From assembly GCA_033442325.1 (NCBI GenBank), contig JAWQFM010000003.1:2202665-2266664 (forward strand): a stretch of DNA of 64,000 nucleotides, written 5' to 3'. The stretch's first letter is position 1; each line of letters begins with the position of its first letter. Source of the DNA: Salpingoeca rosetta (taxonomy: Eukaryota > Protista > Choanoflagellata). The notes under the pieces are model-generated. The model saw only the letters and a list, made by a program, of their open reading frames with translations, made no database searches and was not told the DNA's origin. Positions 16,034-30,438 of this stretch are shown piece after piece. Position numbers and translations under genes: made by a program.

Positions 16034-17123
16034 ATTATAACGATAACAGCTCACCAAGCTCACCATCACATCACCGCCGCCCTCTGCCACATCACCGCCT
16101 TCTTCATCATCATCATCATTGTCACAATCGCACAGGGCAACATCTGCATTGAGTTTGACAGCTCACATCACGCAAACCGCCCTGCGGACGCATCTGTGGG
16201 CACATTCTCCATGTTTAAGGTTTGAATCCCACACTACTTTCCGAGCGTTGCTGCTGGTGGTTGTGGTGTTGAAGGTGCTCTGGTTGTTCTTGTTGTCGAG
16301 CTTGTTTGAGTGTGTGGCGTGCGTGCGTGTGTGAAGCCATCGACCTCTCAACGCAAATTGACATGTGCGTCGACTGTTTTCACTGTGATATTCGATGAAC
16401 CAACGCAGGAAACGGCCACAAATCGATTGCATTCCACCAAGCTTCCAAAGTGATTTGTGTGTGCGCGATCCAATTTGCTTGCTTGTTTGGATTGATGTAC
16501 TGCGTCTTGTTCTCAGTGTGTGTCTGCTTCCGTGTTGTCGTGCATGCCCAGATGATTGATGTTATCTGCGCACGTCGTGTTGAATTGTGCTTGTCCATAC
16601 ATTGTGGTGTTGTTTGCTGTTCAACACCTGCCTGTCAAAGCATTAGTGTGAACGAGTGTGTTCATTGTGACTGCAACCCCAAGACACACGCTTTTCACAA
16701 AAGAATGTGGCGCGTGAGAGCTACGTTGCTTGTTCTTTAACTGTGATGTTGTGGTTGTTTTTGTCGCCTGCTTCTCATCTTGCCACGCCGTGCCATACTT
16801 ATGTGTGTGTCCCTTCCTCACTGCGCTTTGTTCCACAACAGAGAGACTCGTGACAGTTGCCCTGCTTTGCTCGCCTTGATTGAAAGATGAAAGATTAAGC
16901 CGCAATCAATAATGTGTCAGCGGCTCGCGCCGTACGTTGGGCTTGCTTGCGTGAAAGCAACGCGAATGGGGACTTCTTGCTGTTGTTTATCGGTCGGCTG
17001 CTGGTCACGCTTAGCAGCAGACCAGAGGACTTGAATGGGGAAATGCACAGTGCAGGCACAACAACACCGAGGCTCAGCACATGACAGGAACAAGGAAAAG
17101 GGAAAGAAGGATGCAGCACGACG

Positions 17124-17164
<41 letters not shown>

Positions 17165-17248
17165 TATCGTCACTGGACAGTGATCCCTCCTACACACACA
17201 CACACACGCGCGCGCGCGCATGGGGAAGCTACCGATGGCTGCGCAGGG

Positions 17249-17599
17249 CTATTCTTGTGGTGCTGCGGCCTCTGAGAAGCAGAGATCCCAATAGTGCGCT
17301 GCATTCTTCTTGTCCAACCATTCCCTCGCAAGCGTCTTCCCAAACAGTGTGTGTGCATACATGTGAGATGGATGAGACCACAACCACACCAAGCATCATC
17401 TGATCGTGATAACGACCCCTCTCCCAGTATCTGTCTCCCCACCACATCCCAACCCCTCGAGCTGTCCCCCCTACCCCGTCTCCAGTGCCAAACACAACTC
17501 TAACCTCTGATCTGAAGAGCTTCATGCCAAAGTCCTTGAAGTTGCGCTTGGTCACAAGACCCTGACAGCGCATAGAGCGACGTAAGTAGCAGATGAGCA

Positions 17600-17679
<80 letters not shown>

Positions 17680-17954
17680 AGCAGCATGGAGGAGCGGTCC
17701 ACAATGCAGCTCTCTAGCGTGCAAATCGGCAATAGCACGCCACATGCAAACATCAACAGTGGGCTCACCTCCCACACGAGATCGCAGGAGTTGCGCTTCT
17801 TCGTCTCTTCTCCTTCCTCCTCCTCCTCGCTCTCATCGTCGGCCGCGTCTGAAGACAGAGAAGGGACACATGCACACACAAGAGAAAACCCCAAATGCAA
17901 GTATTCGTGAGAACCACGAATGAATCACAGAGAACAAGAACAAAATTGAGCAAA

Positions 17955-18007
<53 letters not shown>

Positions 18008-18011
18008 CACA

Positions 18012-18054
<43 letters not shown>

Positions 18055-18056
18055 AC

Positions 18057-18090
<34 letters not shown>

Positions 18091-18602
18091 CACACGCACA
18101 AAGACACACACGCACGCACACAACCCCCCCCTTTGTTCCGCCCTCATGTGTCCGCGTGCGTGCACGCACCTTGGCCGGCCCACTTGATGCGATGGGTCAT
18201 AAGCCGCTTGTAGCGCTTAATGCCGCGTGGTCCACCCTCAACCACGACAATGTTCATGTCAGCGGTCATGACAGCGGCGCCGGTGAGGTTGTACTGCTGC
18301 GCGTTCATCTGCACTTTGAACTTGTGGCGCTCGTCGCGCAGGCTGCCCACCCGGAACAGCGCAACGTGCACGGCCTCCGTCGTGTCCTCCTTCAGTTTCC
18401 TGTTGCGGTTGGTCATGACAGCAGGAATAAAAGGAGGAGGAGCAGCAGCGAGGTTGCATACATCTTGTCATGAGAAAAACAACATGCGAGCAATGGGAGG
18501 ACACAAGGATCCTCACACAGACACGGACATAGACACAGACAGACAGACAAACACAAACACACACACACACAGAGGGACACAGACACAGACAGACAGATGC
18601 AC

Positions 18603-18641
<39 letters not shown>

Positions 18642-20204
18642 ACCACCACCACCACCACCACCACCACCGGCAGAGCAGGGGATGACGTACGCGGCCTTCT
18701 TTGCGCTGCGCTCCTCCTTGGAGAGCTGCATTGCCTCGTTGTGCTCCTTGTGCTGCTTCTGCCGCAAATCCATTTGCGCCTTCACAATCGCCTCAACCTG
18801 ACGTGGTGTTGGTGTAGGTGGTGTCAATGGTGCGACAATGGATAATACGTGCGGTGAGTTGAATGGGTCGGGCAGCGCGTCAAATGCAACCCCCTCCCCC
18901 GGAGCCAACCGCATGGAAGGGAATGCCAACGCAAATACCCATATCACCACCACCGTCACCATCATCACTATCAGTACGACCATGACACCACCACTACCAC
19001 CATTCATGCATCACCACTGCCCGCACCTTTGTTGGGTCTGCCACGGCCTCTGTGCCGAGCACGCGCATGAGGTTGCTGATCTTGACTTTGGGCGCGGGCG
19101 CCTCCATCTGCCCAAGACGGATCTTCTCCGTCTTCTCCTCGTTCTCCGCCCGCCGCCGCTGCCGCCGCATCTTCTTCCTGCAGTCACAGTCACAGTCACA
19201 CACACACACACATCACGTGGCAGGGATGGTGGTGGTGGGGTTGTGAATTGCTTGGCGCGGTGTGTGTGTGTTTGTTTGTTTGGGTGTTTGTAGTTGTGTG
19301 TGTGTATTTGTGTGTGTGTGTGTTTTGTGTGTGTGTGTGTTTGTGTTTTGTGTGTGTGTGTGTGTGTTGGTGGAAAAAACCAAAACTAAACAAGGGACGA
19401 TATCGCAAGAGCTACGCCTGGCGTGCTTGTGTGCGCTGCGCAGTGCCGACGTACTGTTCTTTCTTTGTGAGGTAGACCGGTGTTGCCACGACCTTGTTTG
19501 CGTCTTGCGGCTCAAACGTAATCGGATGTTGCACTGCAGCAGAGATAAAATTAGGTGATGGCGGAGGACGTGAGGTGTCGGTTACAGGCGGAGGGAGAGT
19601 GAAGATGAAGGGGAGCACTGCATCGTACCAACAACTCAACAGTACATCTGACGCTTGTGCGCCCATGCGCTGAACCACAACAAGAACAACAACGACAAGA
19701 ACAAGAACAAGAACAAGAGCAACAACAACAACAACAAGAACAACAACAACAACAACAACAAGAGCAACAAGAACAAGAACAAGAACAAGAACAAGAACAA
19801 GAACAAGAACAAGAACAAGAACAAGAACAACAACAACAACAACAACAAGTACAGCAGCGGCAGCAATGGTGGCTCGCTCACCGAGATTGGTGATGTCGTT
19901 GAACTCGGGATCGCCCGAGTCAAGCTTCTCATATCTGCACAGCGAACAATGGCAAGAGTGCAGGGCAGAACAGACCACAGTGAGGCGCACCTGCATGCAC
20001 ACACGTGCAACACATTCAGCAAGAATGCCACATGCCACAAAGAACGACGAAGGAGGCAGCCACCGCATGCAAATCACCACGTGTACACCACCACCACCGC
20101 AATTGATTGGATGACGCACCCGCCGTTGAGGATGACCTGGTCCCACCACTCGACATCTGGCACACTTGACACCTCAAGCTCCTCCTTCTTCGGCGCAACA
20201 ACAG

Positions 20205-20281
<77 letters not shown>

Positions 20282-20850
20282 ACGACACGACACACCACAC
20301 ATACAGTCATGTGCATGTGTGCACCGTTTAGGCGAGCATGGGTGGTGTCAGACACAACGACGCCGATGCAATGAACAACGCAGCCGCAACCAACCGCATC
20401 AACATCACCACCGTTGCACCACTGATTGGCTGCAGCCGTTCCGCGCCCTTTCCACACCCGCACACAAGCATACATACACACAAACAAACAAACAAACATA
20501 CATACATACATACATACATACATACACACATACATACATACATACATACATACACACATACATACACACATACATACACACATACATACACACATACATA
20601 CACACATACATACATACATATATACATACATACATACATACATACATACATACATACATACATACATACATGCATACATACATACATACACACATACATA
20701 CGTGCGTTCACCTCCTCCACACCAACGCCACCGGGACTGACCCATCTTTGAGATGCCGGTCTTTTGCGCTGCGGACGCAATTTCCGCCTGAAGTTTCTCC
20801 AACTTGGCCTTTGCTCGCTCCCGATCCGCTTGCTGGTGTTTGGATGGCGC

Positions 20851-20916
<66 letters not shown>

Positions 20917-21502
20917 GTGTGAGAGTGCGCATGTTCGATGTGCGAGAGAGAGTGTATGTGAGCGGATGGCAACGCCGGTAGCACCTCAGACCAGAGCGCA
21001 AGGACGCACACTCGCGAACACCCATGAGTGCACCAACAGCACAGCAAACAAACACGAAAATGCACGTGATTGCGGCACGCACGTCAAGGTAGTAGCCCTT
21101 TTCCTTGAAGCGGAAGGCACGACGTTTTCTCTGCAAAATGAACACTCAACCATAGTGTGAGAACACCACCGCTGGCTGAGCAAGTGCACACGCACAAGCA
21201 TGAACGCACGGCAATGACAATACATACACACACGCTTACACATACGCACATTAACACACGCACACACGCACATAAACACACGCACGCAGTCACACCTCCT
21301 TTGGCTTCATCTCCAGTCGCTCGTCGTAGTACGGATTATCGGCAATGTCTTCCTCCTGCTGCGCCTCAACCATCTTCGTCAGCTCTTCGCGTTTCTTCGC
21401 GCGCTTGTTCACCGACAACTCAGGAACACGCCGCTCCATGTGAATCACCTGTTGCGTTGTGCGTCGTGCGTTGTGTGTTGTGTGCGTTGTGTGTTGTGTG
21501 TG

Positions 21503-21546
<44 letters not shown>

Positions 21547-21738
21547 ATACGCGTTATTTGTTTGTGTGTGGATACGCGTTATTTGTTTGTGTGTGTGGCG
21601 ATTTGAGTGGTGGTTCCCAATGGGCGTCGAAACAGCTGCCACTTTCCCAACCCCGAGCCAGTGGCTGTCTTACGTTGCCTGATGCGTCGACCATGCGCCC
21701 AGACGCGTCCATCATAATACTGCGCGGCTTCTTCACGC

Positions 21739-21776
<38 letters not shown>

Positions 21777-22968
21777 CACGTGCACCACGGTAAGACGAGG
21801 GCTGTCAATATCACAAAAATACCGAACCAATCTCTTGCTCCTTCAACCACATACACATACACACACATACACACGTGTCAGCATGCCGTGCGGTACTTGC
21901 CTTCGTCTGCTGCGCGCTTCTGCAGACTTGCAAGCTGCTCCTTCACCTTTGCTTGCAGGTCGCCGAGCTGGCCATTTGGAAGCGGCAGCAATGGCTTTGG
22001 TGTTTGTACGCCAGCTGTTGTTTCGACGGGAAAACACATGGGAGGGCCGGGAAGCGTACGTGTCAGGCACGTATGCGCACACATGAGTTGAGGATGACAT
22101 GTCTAGGACGGAGATCAGGTCAACAACGAACAGCCAAGCTCGCACACACACACACACTCACACACACACTCACACACACATGCACGAAAACATACACGCA
22201 TCTCTCTCTCTTTGCTGACCTGGGAGAGGAGTTGTGACACCTCCTGGCATGCCGTGGGGCGCTGGCGTGGTGATGCCGCCCGGCAGTGGAGTTGCAACGC
22301 CATGTGGCATGGGCGTGCGCAGCCCAGCGGGCATGGGCGTGTGTGCACCTGTAGGCAGAGGAGTCTGTGCGCCACCAGGCAAAGGTGTGCGGGCGCCAGC
22401 CTGCATCCCTGCCGGGGTCGGCGTGGCTACGCCAGCCACCTGACGGATGCAATGGCAACATGACATCACGACAGTGTGGTCAGCAAAGCGACAACAACGA
22501 CGACGACACCAACAATGACCACGACGGTAACAACAACGACGACGTCGTCAACAACAGTGACGACGACGACGACAGTGATGACAACGACGACAGTGACGAC
22601 AACGACGACAGTGACGACGACGCCAACAAAGGCATGTCACAATCAAACACACACACTCAAACACACACACACCATTTGTTTGCGCTGCTCAATCTCGCGC
22701 TTCTTCTGCTCGATGAGCGCCCGGATCTAGACACAAGGGCCAACAAGGAAAAGCAAGGCACGCAACGACATGTGATTAGCGACACCATGTCTTCCAGAAT
22801 CACACACATGCACACATGCACACATACGCACGCACACGTACATGCACTCACACATGCACACACACGGGCACGCACACGTACATGCACTCACACATGCACA
22901 TACACACATGCACATACATACACTCGCTCCCCTATGCGTACCTGGTCCGGGTTGAGGTTTTGCGCCAT
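17249..22968 (-). CDS. PRPF3: U4/U6 snRNP protein Prp3
   Basis: [13 protein letters not shown]; VPDVEWWD; VQHPI; [17 protein letters not shown]; [27 protein letters not shown]; [16 protein letters not shown]...[23 protein letters not shown]; C-terminal NAAHYWDLC. Stop TAG at 17249-17251. Start inferred at MAQNLNPDQ. Confidence 0.93.
19678..19848. repeat. (AAC/AAG)n compound microsatellite in a PRPF3 intron
   Basis: Directly visible AACAAG and AAC arrays. Confidence 0.9.
20470..20700. repeat. (CATA)n tetranucleotide microsatellite in a PRPF3 intron
   Basis: Directly visible. Confidence 0.95.
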
Positions 22969-23278
22969 CCTTGCTCCGTCCTTGCTCCGTCCTTGCTCCG
23001 TCCTTGTCTCGCTTTGCTCGTGTGCCTTCCCTTGGTTGTCCGTGATCGTCACTGGCTCAGCTCAGCAGGAAATGTGGTGGGTGCAGCGACTCTCGTTGTC
23101 TTCGTCTTGTTCGTCTGTCGCGTTCGCAGGCCACAGCTTTGCCTCAAGTTGCGAAAATCCGACAAAAATATTAACAATTATTCTTGTATGTCAAATTTGA
23201 CAGCCACCGCCGCTCAAAATTCAAATCACACAACGACAGCAACCACCCACCCACAGCCCATCCAGGCGTTGCTCTCCT

Positions 23279-23398
<120 letters not shown>

Positions 23399-23448
23399 GT
23401 GAAGACAGTCAGGACAACAGCAAGCCAATCGACGCCAGGCTTGTCGTC

Positions 23449-25720
23449 ATGGCTGATCACCAGCAGCAGCAGCAGCAACATATTCCCCAGGATTGGGAAA
23501 CCTGCAAGGAGAACTTCAAACCACGCCGCCAGGGCTACAGCGCAGAATCCGTCATGAACGCAGCCGTGGCAACACCATTCGAGAGGCTCGCAGAACAGGA
23601 ACGGTAAGGCATGCTCGTATGCGTGTGCGTGAACATGTGGTGGTGTGGACGGTGCTCGTCAGCAAATCTACTCGTGCATATGATGTGAGAAGCGCTATCT
23701 TGCACACACACACACACACACGCACGCACGCACGCACACACACACACACACACACACGCACACACACACACACACGCACACACACACACACCAACCCCCG
23801 CCACACCCCCTTAAAACCCATGCACAATCTGAACACCATGTTGACAGTGCCTTTGAAGAGGCTGTGTTCACGAGCGGCGGCAGCGACCCTCTCGACATCT
23901 GGAAGCGGTGAGACGAGCAGTGTGTTGTCGCGCATGATGTTTGTCTGCTGTCAAACAACCCACTGCCTCACAGCTTCGTATTCTTCTCACACTCGTTTTC
24001 CCATGTGATTACGTTCTCTTGTCCAATCATTTCACAGATACATTGCTTGGGCAGAAGAGCGCGAGAACAGCGCCGACTATCAGGTGTGTGCTCTCTCGGA
24101 GCAGCTGCAATACGGGCGGAGAAGCTGGCTTGCGTTCGTGCAACAGTGTCGCCTGCGTGGTTGTCGTTTGTGCGTATCGTGCTGCCCGTGCTCTAATCTA
24201 AGCATGCCCGCGCTTGAAGCTTGTTATTGCACTGGGGCGAGCAGTAACCCTCCTTTCATCTGTGCTCTCTGCGAACATAATTATTGCAGATTGACGTTGC
24301 TCGCCTCCTGGAGCGCTGCATCAAGCGTTTTGAGCGCGATGAAACCGTCAGGAACGATGAGCGCTTTCTCAAGATTTGCCTCAAATACGTACGTGCCCAT
24401 GAGCCATTGTACCTTGTACATGTGCGCACATGTCTGTGTGCGTACGGGCATGTGTGTGTATGAGAATGCCTGCGTCCGTTGAATAAAGGCAAGTGCACGT
24501 GCTCGTGTATTTCTACACCGCATCTCAATCCTGAATTGCCGTCGTGTCTCGTGCATGTTCAGGCGGACCGCTGCGACGAACCGTTTCAGATCTTCACCTT
24601 CCTGTTTGATCGCCGCATTGGCATCCAAACGCCTCTCTTCTGGCTGGTGAGGAGTGGTGCGCACGAAACTCTGCATGCCAAATTGTTTCACACAGGCATT
24701 GTTTTCGGAATCGCAAGCATGTGAAGTACTCGCATTCACACATGTACATACGTATTCACTTGCTTCTTCTCCACACACACACACACACTGCCGTCACTTG
24801 CACATTCACATACACACACACACACCAACGCACACACACACACACAGACGTGGTCGGTGATGTACGAGAGCATCAAGAACTACGATGAGGCCGTGGAGAA
24901 GCTTGAGCGAGGCATCATCACCATGACAGAGCCGGAACCCAAGACGTTTCTGCAGCGAAAGCTCACAGCACTGCAGCAGCGTGCGTCCTACCACCGTGAA
25001 AAGCAAGAGGCAGCCTCTCCCGTCGACAGCCCAGCTGCCAACGCTGATGAAGACAAGTGAGTGTGCGCATGCCGGGATGCAGACGTCTCAGTGTGCAATT
25101 GTTGTGATGTGCATTGTCCTTGAACTCGCAAGCCAGGTATACTCACGGTCACGTGTTTTCACTGCATCTGTTTGCGTGGTTGCTGTTGTGCACCGCAGGC
25201 GCATTACCTTTGGTGAGCTGCCACAGACGCGAAGTGGCCGTCTGCCCGTCAACCGTGGAAAGTTCGCACGCCAAGGGTACGCTGTGCATGTGACCGTGTT
25301 TCCGTTATTTCGTAATGCTGATGTGATTCTGCGTTTGCACTTGTTGTAGCGTGCGTGTGGGCGACTTTTCCTGCATGCACAGCAGCAATGCGCGGGCTCC
25401 ATCGCTCTCTTGTGCTCTCTCACACATGCGCTGCTGTTTTCTGTCTCCGTCCCTCCCCCTGCCTCCATCGCATGTGTTTACAGCGGGCGTGGTCTGAAGA
25501 ACGTTGTCAACGGCCGACCGGGTCTTGGTCTCGGTGCGCGCTCATCCGGGAACAACGGCGCCCTCAGCATTTACCAGGACTCTGCCGAGGACACGCAGGA
25601 GCGGTGTGTGTGTGTGTGTGTGTGTGTATGCGTGCGTGTGCGTGCGATTGTGTGAGGTGGGAGGAGACTGTGTGAGTGAGTGTGTGTGTGAATGCCTGTG
25701 ATTGGGGGAGGTGGGAGGGA

Positions 25721-25781
<61 letters not shown>

Positions 25782-28527
25782 AAATGAGATGATGTGAACT
25801 GAAAAAGTGTGAGCAGCAGAACAATGCTCGCCACATGTATTCACATGCCTTGCCTCACATTCCCCATTTCTTTGTAAAATGTCGCATTGTGAGCAGGCAC
25901 CGTCCGGTCGTGCTGCTCTCACGTCCTCAAATTCGCAGTTTCCCAGACGCCAGCGCCACCGCCAAGGAAAACTCACGGGTAAGGAGCTCAGCGCAGTCCT
26001 TGCTCTCCTGTACCTCCTACTGTGCTCATGTGTGCGTGTACGTCTGAAAATGCGCGCACGCGTGTGTGTGTGTGTGTGGTTTTGGAAACATGCTGACCTT
26101 GGTCACGCCCATTTCTTGCACCTCTTCCAACTTCCCATTCACCAGGACCCCTCGGGCTGGCACGGCACTGGTGGGCTGCGTACGCGACCAACAGCAGCCG
26201 CAACTGCTGAGCCCCTCGACGTGTATGAGGATGAAGATGTCAAGGCTACAACCGGCGACAAGTCGCCAGCGCCAAAACGTGCGTGTTGTCTGCGTTTGTG
26301 TGTGTCTGCGTTTGTGTGTGTGTGTGCGTGTGCGTGTGTGTGCGTGTGCGTGCGCGCGCGCGTGTGTGTGCATTTGTGCTTGTAGCCATGCGCGTGTGCC
26401 TCTGTCAGTGTGTGTGGAAATGTGTTTCGTGCTCACTGCTCATTGCACTCCTCCTGGCTGGCGGGCGTCCTTACAGTGCCGAAGGCATCCCGCAAGAAAG
26501 TGCTGCAGCCCAAGAAGCCGGCCGCGCCCGTTCGCATCTTCCACGACTATGCACGCGAGCGTGGGCTTGAGCGCGAGGTGTGTGTGTGCGCGCCTGCGTG
26601 TGCCTGTGGTTGTGGATGCCTGTGTATGTATGTGTGTCTATGCCTTGCAGCTTGTGCCAGTATTTGCGTCTCTGTCTCTGTTCACGGTTGCATTCTCCTC
26701 TGAATTATGTCTCATCCCTTCTACGCTCCCACGCGCGAGCGTGCACACACACACACACATACACACATACACACACACACATACCGCCACCACCACCACC
26801 ACCACCACCACCAGCTGCCTGGCCAGTACCTGATGTACGACCCACGGCCGCTGCTGGAGGATCCGGCAACCGAGTACTGCTTTGAAGAGATGCGCGCGTC
26901 GCACTGGCTCGCCGCCAACCATCTCACGGCAGACCACTTTCCAATCGAGGTGTGTGTGTGTGTGACTCTGTGTGTATCTGTGTGCGTGTGTGCATGTGTG
27001 AATCTGTGTGTATCTGTGTGCGTATGTGCATGTGTGTGTGTGTGTCTATTTGCCTACCTTCAGTCTGTCAGTCTGCCAGGCTGTCGTTGGTGGCTGTTTG
27101 TGCCCATCGCGTTCGATCATCACACGCTGCCCCAACTCTCTGCATTATCGCGAACGCATCGTTTTGTGACTTCCCTCAAATTGCACGCGCGTTTATCTTA
27201 CACGCCCCTTGTGTTGCAACAGCACGACTACGACAATGACCTCGACGTGTCGATGGGCGGTGATGAGTATGGCCAGAACCTCGACACCGAGGATCACCAA
27301 TACAGCGGCGACCATTCACACAAGCATATGCTGCCAACGCGGACTCCAGCCGCTGCCATGGTGAATGCACAAGGCGCCAACGACACACGTCAGGTGATGA
27401 TTGCATGCGAATTGCTCTGAGTTTGTGGTGTGTGTGTATGAGTGTGTGTGTGTGTGTGTGACACAGGTGTATGTGTGGTGTGAACGTTCTTGCCTCATGG
27501 ATACAATTGTGATTGGATGCAAGACGCCTTCACGCACGCCGCTTCATCGTGGTTGCACTGTACGTGCCGCCTTCACCTGTTGACTTTGATTGCTCCTTGC
27601 GTGTGGTTTAGGCTGATGCCGCATTTACAGCGCCAGAGGCAAACAGGCGTGAGCGCCGCGCACTGCGCGCTCTCCCCAATGCCGGCGAGGAGTCGGAGGT
27701 GAGATGTTCGTGCTTGCTACCGCCTGAAAGAACTGAAATGTGCGGCTTTCGGGTTGTGAACACGCTTGAAATTGACCCACTGTACGTCGCACACTCACAC
27801 ACACGTACACACACACACGCACACACACACACACTCTCTCTCTCTCACATATTCGCACATGCGCATAACAGCCGGAGAACACGGTGACCAAGCGGCTGCA
27901 TTTCAGTGTTCTTGACCATGAAGAACAAGAGGAGCAGCGTGACGAGGTGAGATGCAGTTGCATTGCATTCAAGTGTACTTGTACACGCCTTAACCCCTTC
28001 ACTTGTCACATTGCTTGCGGACGCTGTGATGTTCACGCTCACCGATCGCATCATTGCATGTACGCGCGCTATTGCTTGCGTGCCAGGCGCCATCGCCCAC
28101 AATCAACACCAAGGCAGCAATGGCTGACGTGATGGCCATGTTTGGTGAGTGTGCGTGCGTGTTTGTGGGTGTCGACACTGCATTGGATGCGAGCAACTTT
28201 GCTACAAGGCACTGTTGTATTGCCCACGACTGCAGGCATTTCAATCACTGCCCAACGTGCGCTCACATTCAACTGGGACGATTCTCTCTCTTGGTGTGTG
28301 TCAATGAAACAGGCGGCGCCCTCAACTCTCCTACAACAGAGAGCGGCAGTGCTGGTGTTTCGGCGGTGTCGCCTCGCCCATCACAGCCGCTGTCTGTGTT
28401 TCAGGACGTGAACACGAGTACAGGTGCACACGCCGATGATGAAGCAGAAGACGTGGACAGTGAGAACAAAGAAAACTGTGCTCCCCTCGAAGCAAAGAAG
28501 GTGTGTGCGTCAGTGTGTGTGAGAGTG

Positions 28528-28575
<48 letters not shown>

Positions 28576-30397
28576 TTGTTGGAGCTTGTTTGCACAAACT
28601 CAGAGTGGGGATGACATTGAACATGTCCACGCACTGATGTCCAGGTCTCATTTCCTAGCGCTCACAACCCAATGCTCTCTCCACACTTTCCTTTGCATTC
28701 GGTTCCCTCTGCCTCCACACAACAACACCGATGACAACACACAATGCAGCCCAAGATGAGTGCTGCACAAGAGGCATGCCAGCGCACCGGCCAGTCTCGC
28801 AGCGTGCTCGGTGAGCTGAAAGGCTTTGACCTGTGCAGCCCGGAAGAGCTTGCTGCTGCCCGCGCATACTCGGGTGATGACGACGATGGTGATGATGAGG
28901 ACGATGACCAGGGCAACGGTCGCAATCATGGCGACATTCACGGCTTCGGCAGCAACAAAATTGGCGGCAACAAACACTTGAGCGTCTTTGGTGGAAAAGG
29001 TGATGATGACGATGATGATGATGGTGGTGATGGCGAGAACAATGACGAGTACAACCACCATCGTGGTGCTGCAAAGCCCAACACACAACGCCGCCCGCTG
29101 GGAGAGCGCCAAATGCCGTCACTGCTGAACGACAGCCATGATGCGGACGAGCGTCATACAAGCAACGGCCCAGGCTTTGCACAACAACACCACCACCACC
29201 CGCACCGTGCAACCATGCTCAGCCCCATTCTGGAGGCTAGCCATGAGATTTCCTCCTCTGCGTCGTTCCTGTCAACCAGGAGCTCCAGGTGTGTGTGTGT
29301 GTGTATCCGTGAATGCTCGTTTGTTCGCCTTTGTCACTTCTGTGTTTACAATGCGTGAGCACATTGTTGTGGCTGAACTGTTTTCATTGTCATCCAACAA
29401 CTCACATCAAGTCTGCGCGTGTGTTCGCTGCTGATTTGCAGAACGCCCTCTGCCGCCGGCTCTGGTCCACAGTCCACGCTGACGACACCATCCGCAGAGT
29501 GCACCACGGTCACCGAGCTTGCCCGCGCACTCGCCAGCAAGGTGCACACATGCCTGCACATGCACTCTCGCGCTCATGCACATCGTTTCTGGTATATATT
29601 TTTTTTTCGCGCCTGCCTTGCCTGTTGAGTTTGATTTCAACAATGATACATCAAAGGGTTCGGGTGAGCACTACATACACCATGCTGCTGCGTTCACGCT
29701 CAATACTTTGTTATTGTGTATTTTACTGTTTGTTTCGACTGCGCTCAGTGCCAGGACGCGATTGAGGCCTCGTCCATGACAGTTGTGCAGCCAACAAATG
29801 TGCCAGCCCTCAAACCTGGTCAAGGTGCGATTGAACTAGAGTGCAAATTAGTGCTCCGCGAGAGAGACAGAGAGAGAGTGTGTGTGTGTGTGTGTGCGTG
29901 TGTGTGTGTGTGTGTGTTCTTCCGTTGTGCTCCCCGTCTCACTCGTGGTTCGCCTTGTCGCGGTTACTCATCATTGACACAACACGCATGTCTGCCTGCT
30001 GCCGTGACGCGCCCTCCCACAGTGCTGCAGAAGATCGTTCCTGACTGCACCCTGTCCGTGTGGCGTCAAAGTGACCCCCGTGCGTATCTTGCCGTTGAGT
30101 ACGCGATCGAGGACTATGACAGCTCAGACGTCGAGTACCTGCGTTGCTTCCAGCTCAAGGTGCGCACCAGTACACATACATGTTGTGTGTGTGTGTGTGT
30201 GCGTGGTTGTGACCAGATGTACAATATGACTTCAAGGAATGCGCATTCATTTGTTCTAATGTGATGCTGAGTTAAACACATGACCCATTTTTCTCTCTGC
30301 TGCCGTTGAACAGGTGGTGGAGCATCTCTATGAAGCGCGCATGTCGCTGCTTGTTCTGGATCGTCTGAAGCAGCTCGAAGACGTAAGCGGGCAGCGG

Positions 30398-30438
<41 letters not shown>

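Noticed and set aside
22494-22630. GAC/AAC repeat that could encode an Asp/Asn-rich peptide
   Set aside because: It lies within a PRPF3 intron on the opposite strand and is a simple trinucleotide repeat.
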